From Ranitomeya imitator (taxonomy: Eukaryota), in contig NC_091288.1 of assembly GCF_032444005.1 (NCBI RefSeq), positions 16,244,001 through 16,308,000 of the forward strand: a DNA stretch of 64,000 nt, written 5' to 3'. Position numbers and translations under genes: made by a program. A model generated the notes under the pieces. It searched no databases, was not told the DNA's origin, and saw only the letters and a program-made list of their open reading frames with translations. Numbering within the stretch: position 1 is the first letter of the stretch; the number at the start of each line of letters is the position of its first letter. This document shows, piece after piece, positions 10,540-23,269 of the stretch.

Positions 10540-11691
10540 TCTGCATACAATTAAGTGTTATTTACTGAGTTGGACTGGTGGCTTCTCAGTTTTTTTAAAT
10601 ATAGTTAATTAAAAGTTACATTTTAACTCATTGATCCCACCCTGATTTACTCACCGCTAAGTAGCGAAGTCTGAAGTGCCGCTCGTTAAAAGTGGGGTGG
10701 ACACATTGGACATTTTGGTGTCAGCATTAGCATGTGTGTACAGAGAACGTAAAATATTCTTGCGTCCCATGAGAAGAGGTCAGACACTTGCAGACGGACA
10801 GCTTGTCAAAAGAAAGGAGATGATGTGGAGTCTGCATTACAGCTAGTTATAAGTGGGGGTGAGTAGTATTTGTTCCAGATGGTGCCCAGGAAAGAAAGTG
10901 AGTGCCAAGGATGCATCAGCTTGTAGTGTCGGTGTAATCTGTCCAAGGCAGAGAAGACCTGTCCTCCTGCATGTGAGTACTGTCACTAAGAAGAAAGTGC
11001 GAGGAGATCTTCCATGGATGGGAGCATAGAGGTATTGTAACTAAGTGAACCATGCATCTGCTGACATAGTGACAGTAAGCTGCCGTAGAGGAAAGGAGTC
11101 GCCATTTACAAGGTGAGCATATTGCCTTATGTCATTTTTAAGATTGCATTTTTGGTTCTAGTGAGGACAATAGGGATCATGTAAGTGCCGAGAAGCGCAG
11201 GTTTTATTGATACTGTGAGAATTTGTAATGTTCCGAGAAAAACTTTCTGAGACAGAAGTCGGCTCCTCTGGTTATTATTCTACTTTATCAACCAAAAACT
11301 GATTACAGCAGTCTCTGTCTTTCTGCACTGTAGAAGGAGGAAATTAGCATATGTAATTTGAGCAAACAGCAGCTTAGAGACCTTGCCATAGCCAAAAATA
11401 GCTTTTTAGAACAAAATGGGGTCTAGATCTACAAATAGAATAGTCTCCCGCCCACTTGTCATTTTTAATTGCTTTTGTAATTTTAAACTACATAAAAAGC
11501 AGATACATTTGCATTTTCCATCCAATTGTATTTACCCCAAATATTGCCATTCAATCTTCAGATATTACTTTAGAATGCATAATGCCTCTACATAGTATTC
11601 AATACAATGTCAACCACACAATACTTAAATAATACTCATGTTTGGAGTCCAAGTAATACTGTCAAATAGTGCGGAAATAGTCAACAGCGAA

Positions 11692-14600
11692 TGTTAAATA
11701 TGCTTATTTTGCACATTTATTTAATCAAGACTATTTACCAGGTGCTTACTCTTAAAGAAAATATGTCATGATATTTTCATAAAAAATGTAGTGGTTTATT
11801 GAATTGTCCACAGAAAAACCACATTGCAGCAAAACATAAAAATAAATGAAATAGTTACGAACAGATTGTCCATTTGTTAATATCAGCGCTTGTTACTCAT
11901 CGTTTCTGAGATGGAGTAGAAGTCATCTTTCTTTCATGGAGTAGAATCATGGCTACCAGCTGTTCCTTCCTTGTGTGTCTTGTCTGACGTCCATGGTAAA
12001 TGATGGTGAAGGCAGGAGGTGACAGCCCCACGTGACAAGCCCCCACACCCTCCTAAGAGACGTTATTTATATGTCCCACAGACCACGTGTTCCCGCTATA
12101 TGGTGTTAACTTATACTCTGAGCTACATATACAGAAATAGCTTCTGTAATGTCAGCGAGAGACAATGTGTTCAATACAGAATTCAGTATAAGAATAATTA
12201 AATTAATAATTAATATTTAACAATTCCCCCTTTTGAGGGTGACAGACATTGATTGGAACCCTCAAAGTAAACATATTAATAAGATCGTCTTTCATCTTCT
12301 TTAGCAAAATAATTTAATCTTCATAATAATATAAATAATAATAATATTGTTATACGTACTCAATATTATATTGGTATTTAAATTCATGTAATGGTAAGCC
12401 GTGACTAATATTCATATAAAATATATAATTATACTTCCCTATATCTACTTGAAGCATTTCAGGTCTGATCATCATCTGGTCTCATCTTGATGTCTTCTTC
12501 TTAGTTCTTTTAAAACAATCTTTATTATAATTCTTTTGAAATAGATGATAGCATGTAGATATTGTAGAGACCGCGTGTCATGTGTCAATCAAAGATCATA
12601 AGTTCAAATGTTGATAAGAAAACAAAGTTTATAGATGAAATGTAGCTTTAATATCTGTGTGGTGTCACCTGGACACACCTGGACTTACATTGGCTCGCCT
12701 TGGATCTGGAATCCTTCCATATCATCCGCATTGGTCTTGGAACAGGTGTGACGTCTTTGGTCAGCACAGCAAGGGTTACATTGACTCTTCCTTGCTAAAC
12801 ATAGCATTATAACCAGCCTTTAGTGCACAGGACACATGTCAGGGTTGTAGCGTCCTGACAATTACCTGATTGTTCACCAGCTTTCATGGAAGTCTTATAG
12901 GTGATAGGAAACCAGTGGAACATGATAAAAACGTAATAACACAGTTCATCTTAGCATCATAGGATCATCGTCCTCTCCAATTGTGGTTGTCAGTTTAGAT
13001 ACTGTACTCATAGTTGTCAGTGATGGATGCTGCAGTTGTAGTTGTCAGTGGTGACATGAATTGCAATTGACACAGTCTATTATTACTCAGAAATCATAGC
13101 ATTGTTACCTTGTGGAACTTCTGGATAACGGCTTTTTATTCTTGCAACTTTTAAGAATCAATTGAATTTAGAAATATGAAAAGTCTTTATTAACATAACT
13201 TCAGTATCTTTATTGAAGTCTTCATTCCCTATTCTATACCAAATCTGGTAATTTTCCTAACTTGTAATATCATAGCTTACCATAGCAATCAATAATATCC
13301 ATATAATTATTATCAAAATATTAATATGAAATTCCTATTTGGAAAAAAATAAAATGATAATAATAAATGATAATACATTATTAACCATATTTTTCATGTG
13401 AAGGGACATTTTTATGTCATAGGTGTAATTAGTTTTTGAACCCATATATGTCAGTGTGTCTTTTTATGTAACAAGTATTTCCATCTTTATTACTAAAACT
13501 TTATTAATAAACTATATTTATTAGACCAATAATATGTAAGAATGTATAGCCATGAACCAAAATAAGAATATATATATGAATAAATTAATGAAGGAATGAG
13601 TGAAATAATTGTTGTATTTAACTCAGAATTGAAACACTTCTCTTATAATAAAACCTTATGATCACTATATTTGATGAAGCAATATTCTTGTATTAAACAT
13701 TACTTTATTAAATATTGATTTTTTTCTTCTTGAGATAAAAAATAAAAATGAAAAATTAAGAATAAAAATGAAGTAATAAAAAATAAAAAATAAAAAATAA
13801 AAATGAGAATAAAAAATAAAAATAAGGCCTTTATATGTTGATGACAAATGCTGAGGTTATGTCTCAGTAACACATTCCCTTTAATATTTCCATTATCTAG
13901 ATGTTGTCATAACCTTGGATTACCAAAATATTGAAATTATGCAACTTTGCATACAATACCCTTTATTAGAGAAAAAATTTCCTTTTTTAATACTTAATGT
14001 TATTATACCCAATAATACCTTATTAATATTTCTTCTTTATTAAAATGTGTGAAGAAGAGGTATTGATGAAATGCGATGATGTAATCAAGATCAAAAACAC
14101 ATTTCCCCCTTAATATAAAAAAAATATTATTTTATGAAAAAATAATTTGTAAAAGCCAACATTAAAAATAATTAATTTTATAACTGTCATTTCAGCCTTA
14201 TGCCATATATTTGTTTGAAGATGTGTACCCATCTATGTAACTAAAAAAAAAAACACTAGATACCATAAAATTATAATTTGGAAAAATGTTCTAAATGTAG
14301 ATTTTCTTGATTAAACCATATTGATGTGTGATTGCACTTATTCACTATTAACTAAATCAAGAAATAATAATTACTAAAGAAATATAGAAATAATATTTCA
14401 TAGAACACCATGAGGCCTCTGTCATACTGTACATACACATCAAACTTTCCTCGTTATTCCCTCTTACGTTAACTTCACTCTTAGCAGCTGCTCATACTCT
14501 CATCTGTCATCTTTCACTCAGACTGTGACACACATAGAAGTTGAAACTACATATTTCACATACAAAGAATAAGAATACATGTATATTAACCCAAATTACT

Positions 14601-17600
14601 GTATACTAATTATCAATGCGCATTGCAAACTATTAAATTTAATATTTTAATATTTCTTTGAATATTCCCCAAATACACATTATCTAACACTATGTGAAAT
14701 ATTCTATAGATAGAATTCATCCATCAGAAACTTGAGCATTTGTTCTACAGCTATATTTGGTACAGGGCCTGCAACTGAATCCATTTGACTTGTAAAGGCT
14801 GAGGGGCTTCTAAAGCTTTTTACAGCTCTAAATTGAAACAGGGGTGTGACATGTCATGCCATGCAGTGGGAAAAAAAAATATTATATTTTTACCATGCAA
14901 AGGAAAAAAACAAGTTTTATATTGTTACAGGAAAAAATTACAGTACACAAATTTTAGATTGTTAGTTATGTATTATTTATTTTAAGTGTTAAATATATAT
15001 AAAATCATGCAGTTATTATAACTTCCTGTGTACATAAAGACATAAATCTATGTAAGAGGTTTTTTTTTTATCAATTCCTGTTTTGAAATGAAAATTCTAA
15101 GGAAAAATAAAAGATAAAGGTTAATTTCATATTTATTTAAAAACAAAATAATTTAAATATCTTATACATATATATATATATTTATTAAATGTATTTAATG
15201 TAATTATAAGTATTACTGGAGTAAATTTTAATTATTTCACTATACATATAAAAATACAGTTAATATAATGTCTACTTATACAAATATGCTACAGTATTTA
15301 CTGTATACTATATTAATATATATAACTGCAGAATTATATTGTATAAAATAATTACATATTAATAAATAATACATTGCATAACTCATTTACACATCATATA
15401 ATATAATTACATCTTTAGCAAATTCCTAAACCAAAATTTACCTCTCTGTCGATAATTTGTTGAAAACCTCTATTTAAAATTGCCATTTTTAGACTTATGG
15501 ATTTTTTAAAGAGCTGTGATAATGAAGTGTTCAGCTCACCCCCCATGCTCACCTGTTTCTGTCAGTCAATTTCCGCCATCTTTACAGAGAGAACGGACCC
15601 TTCAGCTTTTAACCCTTTTAGAGCAACTTCAGTGGAGGACCCCTGAATCATTTTATAAGGCTTTTAAACAAATATGTAATTTTCTTCGTACTTCATAGAT
15701 GTGATTTTGGGTCAGTTTTGGAGATTTTGATTTTAGCTTCTGATAAGATTTAATTATGTTATTAGATTTCAAAAACTTAGTATAATTTATTTTCCTTTCA
15801 AAATTCTCATGTTTTCTAGAAAAATCAAGGGATTGCGCACATTCAAATAAAGAATCTTTTTGTGGCGCAATAACACGAGATGCAGGATTTAGGAATCCAA
15901 ATTTGTTTACAATACAATTTATCATTGATTGTTTATTGAAATTTGTAATGACAGTTTTGTACAACCTTTCAAATATGGACATGAATGTGAAAGTACATTC
16001 TTTCCGGCCAATCTTCAATTTTAGAAGAATATCAATATCTGGATAATTTTCTTTTAATCCACAGAATATCAAAATTTTTAATCTTTCTATATCAGTAATT
16101 TCTTCATGGAACTCATCATTCTGCATTTTTAATGAGAACCTTCTGGAAAAAGTTACTGGAAGCCACATTTTAAACAACTGATTTTTCTCCTCATTAATCA
16201 AATCAAACTTATCAGCAAAACTCTCAAATATCTCTGAATTTCTTCACACATGGATTTTGTCATCATATGCAGGAATGATTTTGCATAATTTTAAGATTTT
16301 TCTAGATTTAGTTTGAAGGAGTTGTTCGGACTCTCAGTCGTCTTCTATCTTTAGTGACCCATGTACATCTGTTTCTTGTGCATCATTTTTGTCAGTTGTC
16401 ATGTCTCCTACGTTTCCTCCATCTTGTTTTTCATCATGAGACACAAGGTCACCTTGAGTGGCCATTGCAGACACGTGTGTCACATCTTGTTGACTCTCCA
16501 CATTACAGTCAATCTTGGGAACATCATTAATTTCCTTGGAAATTCTTTCTACACAGTCTTTTTTTGGACTTCTCAGTAACAAACTTGTGAAATACATAAA
16601 CCATATGTAAAACATTTTTAATTTGCTCTTTTTCTTTTTTTTCTAGATATTAGCTTAGAATCTATCTTTAGATTTGCTATCTTGCATTCTGCAAATAAGC
16701 TACGCCAAAATATTTCTAAGTTTTTATACTTTTCACCTAGACTTAAAAATTCCAGCGAACTTGACTTAGCATATGAATTAATTAAATCCATTTTTCTTAC
16801 CTTGAAATATCTCATCTTGTAGTTCCTTTGTTGGACAACGATGGGCTCTGATCATCAGCACGTCTGTCTTCAGCACATCTGGCACTTGTAGTACTCCTAC
16901 TACTTGTCAATCCAACTGGCACCTGTTAGTCTCTGTTACTCATAGGTTCTGTGAGATCTTTGTGACTTTAAGTTTTGTAGTGGAATTCCTGAAAACTTGC
17001 ACAACATCTAGCGAAGCTCTTCTTTTCCCCTGTGTGCAAGGTGAAGGAAATTCACGCAAAAATAGCACAAAAAATCAAAACTGGCTGGCTTGGCCAATGT
17101 TAAATATGCTTATTTTGCACATTTATTTAATCAAGACTATTTACCAGGTGCTTACTCTTAAAGAAAAATGTCATGATATTTTCATAAAAAATGTAGTGGT
17201 TTATTGAATTGTCCGCAGAAAAACCACATTGCAGCAAAACATAAAAATAAATGAAATATTTACGAACAGATTGTCCATTTGTTAATATCAGCGCTTGTTA
17301 CTCATCGTTTCTGAGATGGAGTAGAAGTCATCTTTCTTTCATGGAGTAGAATCATGGCTCCCAGCTGTTCCTTCCTTGTGTGTCTTGCCTAACGTCCATG
17401 GAGAATGATGGTGAAGGCAGGAGGTGACAGCCCCACGTGACAAGCCCCCACACCCTCCTAAGAGACGTTATTTATATGTCCCACAGACCATGTGTTCCCT
17501 CTATATGATGTTGACTTATACTCTGAGCTACATATACAGAAATAGCTTCTGTAATGTCAGCGAGAGACAATGTGTTCAGTACAGAATTCAGTATGAGAAT

Positions 17601-17627
17601 AATTCAATTAATAATTAATATTTAACA
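11692..17627 (-). mobile_element. AT-rich LTR retroelement or endogenous retrovirus-like element with a decayed gag-like ORF
   Basis: Two ~530-bp LTRs (11692-12222, 17098-17627) with TGTTAAATA...TATTTAACA termini. Minus-strand PPT AAAAGGGGGAAT next to the left LTR; PBS-like TGGCCAAGCCAGCCAG next to the right LTR. Confidence 0.85.
15653..16815 (-). pseudogene. Disrupted gag-like reading frame
   Basis: ORF pieces 16618-16815, 16334-16615 and 15653-16201 join across stops and frameshifts (...LCKIIPAYDDKIHV*RNSEIFESFADKFDLINEEKNQLFKMWLP...). It sits just downstream of the PBS, where gag is expected. The identity is inferred from position. Confidence 0.55.
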
Positions 17628-19545
17628 ATTCCCCCTTTTGAGGGTGACAGACATTGATTTGAACCCTCAAAGTAAACATATTAATAAGATCGTCTTTCTT
17701 CTTCTTTAGCAAAATAATTAATATTATTATTATCATTTGCATATAGTAATTAGAAATGTAATCCACCTATCGTTCACCTTCTGGAAACCATCGAGAAATT
17801 GATTTTGGTTGACTTAATTCTCATCTCAGCAATGAACCTACATTTTTATGTTTTCCATGAAAAATCTACAGAGAAGCCGATACCTGCAGTTATCATTTTA
17901 GTTTGTAAACCAAATAAATTACAATTGTTCTTGTGAGACTCTGTATTCTCCCTTATAACGTAATTGTTAAATTTTTAGTCAAGAAGAGGATGAACCGCAC
18001 TGCAGACTATGGATGAACTGATAGAATAGACTTTATTTAAATAATCAGTATATCAAAAATAATTGCAGGAATGTTTTTGGACCGATATCAGGTCCTTTTT
18101 TTCAAGCTCTATGAGGAGGTATAAAGACAGAATTGTTTCTTATTGATTTCCACTCTACTTCTGGGTAAGAAGGATAATTATGGGCTTAATAATCTGAGAC
18201 ACAATTTATAAAAAAAAACACTGGTCCAGCTTTTATAAGTGACGTGTGATGTGAGTGATCAGTGATTCATGAGCCATTACATAATAAAGCAAAAATGCCA
18301 AAGGTCTAAAATATAAGATGCCACTAAGTAGTGAGGTCTGAAGTGCCCCTCATGAAGAGTGGGGTGGACACATTGGACAGTTTGTTGTCAGCATTAGCAT
18401 GTGTATACAGAGAACATAAAATATTCTTATGTCCCATCAGTAGAGGTCAGACACTGGCAGAAGAACAGCCTGTCAGAACGAAGGAGATGATGTGGTGCCC
18501 AGAATTAAAAGTCTGCATTATAGCTATCTAAAAGTGGGGGTGAGTAGTGTTTGTTATATATGTTGCCCAGGACAAAAATGAGGGCCTCAGAGAAGCCAGA
18601 AGTAAAGCAGGAGTATCAGCTTGTACTGACGGTATAGTCTGTCCCAGGCGAGAAGATCTGCCCTTCAGTATGCGAGTAGTGTCGCTAAGAAAAAAGCACA
18701 AGGAGATCTTCCATGGGTGGGAGCATAGAGGTAAGTTAACCGTGAGTGAAGAGTGCATCTGCTGCCCCCTTCCCTTCCTGATTTCCTATTCTTTTGTAGG
18801 TTTGTTTCAGATCACCAAATTATTTTTCCCTTAATAATAAAAATCTTCATTTAAAAACTTCATTTTGTGATTACTTGTGTTATCTTTGTCTAATATTTAC
18901 ATTTGCTTGATGATCTGAAACATTTAAGTGTGACAAACGTACAAGAGAACAGGAAATCAGGAAGGGGGCAAACACAACTGCAAGCCACCATAAAGCCAAA
19001 GATCTGCCACAGAAAAGGAGAGCATATTAGCTAATGTCATGTTACTTTTAAGATTGCATTTTTGGTTCTACTGACGACATTATAATGATCTGTATAACTA
19101 TAATTGAAACTTATTGAGATGAACCTCAGCTTCCCAGATTTGTGGTCTACTGAACTTCATTCTGTTTCCTATAATATTATTTGAAGATCTCTATAAGGCC
19201 AGAGTCACACTAGAGAGAAATATGGACGAGGGCTATGTGATAAAAAAAATCGCATAGCACTCAGACCAATGTTAATCTATGGGGCAGCTCCTATCATCCG
19301 TTTTTTTCTCGCCTGCTTTATATGTGCGAGTGAAATCGCAGCATACTTCAATTTCCACTGTATCTCGGCCAAGACTCGCCAATGCAAGTCTATGGGTGTG
19401 AGAAAAAAACAGAATACACACAGACCATCAGTGTGACTTGCGAGAAATACGAACCGGTGTCCTTTAGAAAAGCCGGCAATTCAGTGCGCTATACCGTAAA
19501 ATCACACAGACATGTTAAAATAGAATACATGTATACACATAGTAT

Positions 19546-19585
<40 letters not shown>

Positions 19586-20184
19586 ATCATTGACACACAC
19601 ATATATATTTATATTTCATAGAGATATAGATGGCAGAATAGGTGAAAATTCAATTGTCGGCATCTGTGAAATCATAGAACCCGACAGGTTATGAGCCATG
19701 ATTTAAATACAGTAAACCATTGCACATCTGTTATTTTTTTATATGTCCCTCACTAATAATGTTAGTAGTGTGTGTGTAAAATTTTGGAGCTGTAGGTGTT
19801 AATTTAAAGGGTTAATTCACGGGAAAAACTGGCCTGAGCTCCTTCCCAATTTTCTCCGCCAGAGAGGGAAAGCCAGTGACTGAGGGCAGATATTAATAGC
19901 CTAGAGAGGGGCCATGGTTATAGGACCCCCCTGGCTAAAAATATCTGCCCCAAGCCACCCCAGAAAAGGCACATCTGGAAGATGCACCTGTTCCGGCACT
20001 TAGCCTCTCACATTGACCCCTTATTACCCCATATGCCACCTGCTACAGAGCAATGGGAAGAGCGGGTAAGTGTCGGAATCAGTGCATGGCTGGAGGCAGA
20101 TTTTTTTAGCTGGGGAGCAATATCCATGGTCTCTCTCCAGGCTATTAATATCTGCCCTCAGTCAAAGGCTTTCCCACTCTGTAC

Positions 20185-23100
20185 ATAGAGAGACTGAAAT
20201 TCTCGCCCGTTCTTCCTTGGCAAACAGCTCGAGCTCAGTGAGGTTGGATGGAGATCGTTTGTGAACAGCAGTTTTTAGCTCTTTCCACAGATTCTCGATT
20301 GGATTGAGGTCTGGTGTTATGGACCTGGTGGTTAGGACTGTTATGGACCTAGTGGTTAGGAGCACCCGGAACGACCTGGTAGTTAAAACAATACAGGACA
20401 AGCTCTGGGAAGTGGGAACGCTGCTGACCGCAACCCCTAAACCTATCACACACACTAGAAATAGCCGTGGATTGCTCCTAACACTCCCTATGCAACTCGT
20501 CACAGCCTCAGAGCTAGCTAGCCCTAAAGGTAGAAAATAAAGCCTACCTTGCCTCAGAGAAATTCCTCAAAGGAAAAGGCAGCCCCCCACATATATTGAC
20601 TGTGAGTTAAGATGAAAGTCACAAACACAGAGATGAAATAGATTTCAGCAAATAGAGGCCCGACTTACTAAACAGACAGAGGATAGGAAAGGTATCTTTG
20701 CGGTCAGCACAAAAAACTACAAAAAACCACGCAGAGTGTGCAAAAAGACCTCCGCACCGACTCACGGTGCGGAGGTGCCACTCTGCATCCCAGAGCTTCC
20801 AGCTAGCAAGACAAAATCATAATAGCAAGCTGGACAAGAAAAATAGTGAACAAATAATTAACTAGCAGGAACTTAGCTTCTGCTGGAGTAGACAGGTCAC
20901 CAGAAAGATCCAGGAGCGAACTAAACCAGTACTAGAACATTGACAGCTGGCATGGAGTAACGATCTAAGTGGAGTTAAATAGAGCAGCAGCTAAAGAACA
21001 ACTTAAGTCACCTGTGGAAGGAACCTCAGAAGCAGCAGCTCCACTCACAGCCACCAGAGGGATTCCATGAACAGAACTCGCCGAAGTACCATTCATGACC
21101 ACAGGAGGGAGTTCGATAACAGAATTCACAACAGTACCCCCCCCCCCTTGAGGAGGGGTCACCGAACCCTCACCGGAGCCCCCAGGCCGACCAGGATGAG
21201 CCAAATGAAAGGCACGAACTAGATCGGCAGCATGAACATCAGAGGCAAAAACCCAGGAATTATCTTCCTGACCATAACCCTTCCACTTGACTAGGTACTG
21301 GAGTTTCCGTCTCGAAATACGAGAATCCAAAATCTTCTCCACCACATATTCCAACTCCCCCTCGACCAACACCGGGGCAGGAGGATCAACGGAGGGAACC
21401 ATAGGCGCCACGTATCTCCGCAATAACGACCTATGGAACACATTATGGATGGCAAAAGAAGCTGGAAGGGCCAAACGAAATGACACAGGATTGAGAACTT
21501 CAGAAATCTTATACGGACCAATGAAACGAGGCTTAAACTTAGGAGAGGAAACCTTCATAGGAACATAACGAGACAACAACCAAACCAAATCCCCAACACG
21601 AAGCCGGGGATCAACACAGCGCCGGCGGTTAGAGAAACGTTGAGCCTTCTCCTGGGACAATGTCAAATTGTCCACCACCTGAGTCCAAATCTGTTGCAAC
21701 CTGTCCACCACAGTATCCACACCAGGACAGTCCGAAGGCTCCACCTGCCCTGAAGAGAAACGAGGATGGAAACCAGAATTACAAAAAAAAGGCGAAACCA
21801 AAGTAGCCGAGCTGGCCCGATTATTAAGGGCGAACTCAGACAAAGGCAAAAAGGACACCCAATCATCCTGATCAGCAGAAACAAAGCATCTCAGATATGT
21901 TTCCAAAGTCTGATTAGTTTGTTCGGTTTGGCCATTTGTCTGAGGATGGAAAGCCGAAGAAAAAGACAAATCAATACCCATCCTAGCACAAAAGGACCGC
22001 CAAAACCTCTAAACAAACTGGGAACCTCTGTCCGAGACGATGTTCTCCGGAATGCCATGCAAACGAACCACATGCTGGAAAAACAATGGCACCAAATCAG
22101 AGGAGGAAGGCAATTTAGACAAGGGTACCAAATGGACCATCTTAGAGAAGCGATCACAAACCACCCAAATGACCGACATCCTTTAAGAAACGGGAAGGTC
22201 AGAAATAAAATCCATAGAGATATGTGTCCAAGGCTTCTTCGGGACCGGCAAGGGCAAAAGCAACCCACTGGCACGAGAACAGCAGGGCTTAGCCCGAGCA
22301 CAAGTCCCACAGGACTGCACAAAAGAACGCACATCCCGTGACAAAGAAGGCCACCAAAAGGATCTAGCCACCAAATCTCTGGTACCAAAGATTCCATTGT
22401 TGCCCAAAATTTCGATTTTGGTTTCATCTGACCAGAGCACCTTCTTCCACATGTTTGGTGTCTCCCAGGTGGCTTGTTGCAAACTTTAAATTACACTTTT
22501 TATGGATATCTTTGAGAAATGGCTTTCTTCTTGCCACTCTTCGATAAAGGCCAGATTTGTGCAGTGTACGACTGATTGTTGTCCTATGGACATACTGTCC
22601 CACCTCAGCCGTAGATCTCTGCACTTCATCCAGAGTGATCATGGGCCTCTGGGCTGCATCTCTGATCAGTCTTCTCCTTGTTTGAGATGAAAGCTTAGAG
22701 GACGGCCGGGTCTTGGTAGATTTGCAGTGGTTTGATACTCCTTCCATTTCAATATGATCGCTTGCACAGTGCTCCTTGGGGTGTTTAAAGTTTTGGAAAT
22801 CATTTTGTATCCAAATCCAGCTTTAAACGTCTCCACAACAGTATCACAGACCTGCCTGTTGTGTTCCTTGGTCTTCATGATGCTCTCTGTGCTTCACACA
22901 GAACCCTGAGACTATCACAGAGCAGGTGCATTTATACGGAGACTTGATTACACACAGGTGGATTATATTTATCATCATTAGGCATTTAGGACAACATTGG
23001 ATCATTCAGAGATCCACAATGAACTTCTGCAGTGAGTTTGCTGCACTGAAAGTAAAGGGGCCGAATAATATTGCACGCCCCACGTTTCAGTTTTTGAATT

Positions 23101-23269
23101 TCCACAAAAATGTAAAATAACCGATAAATTTCATTCAATTTCACAATTGTGTTCCACTTGTTGTTGATTCTTCACCAAAAATTTACATTTGGTATATTTA
23201 TGTTTGAAGCATGATATGTGGGAAAAGGTTGAAAAGTTCCAGGGGGCCGAATACTTTCGCAAGGTACTG
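20185..23269 (-). mobile_element. Fragmented Tc1 transposon (pieces ~20185-20314 and 22397-23269)
   Basis: TIR CAGTACCTTGCGAAAGTATTCGGCCCCC ending at 23269. Transposase fragments KTKEHNRQV..., ARRKPFL, VLWSDETKI and PDLNPIENLWKELK. The middle of the catalytic domain and the second TIR are missing. Confidence 0.85.
20315..22396 (-). mobile_element. Ty3/Gypsy chromovirus 3' fragment (integrase, chromodomain, PPT, 3' LTR 20315-21133)
   Basis: Integrase fragments SFWWPSL...CARAK, SAFHPQTNGQTE and GPY; chromodomain YVVEKILDSR...YLVKWKGY. Poly-G PPT next to ...ACAACA at 21133. Same family as 37883-43639. Confidence 0.92.

Larger units (their letters stand above)
5964..10653 (+). mobile_element. 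Penelope-like retroelement, 5'-truncated and frameshifted (RT plus GIY-YIG endonuclease)
   Basis: ORF pieces 6280-6690, 6683-7021, 6796-7332 and 7369-8109 carry GTAMG...YAN, RYIDD, YRKPT and the C-terminal C-x2-C...YIGKT...HL GIY-YIG region. Flanked by CCACTAAGTAGTGA / CCGCTAAGTAGCGA. Confidence 0.9.

Noticed and set aside
12223-15600. Possible env or accessory genes in the AT-rich LTR element
   Set aside because: Hand translation gave only short Cys-rich or hydrophobic fragments with many stops; nothing supportable without an HMM search.
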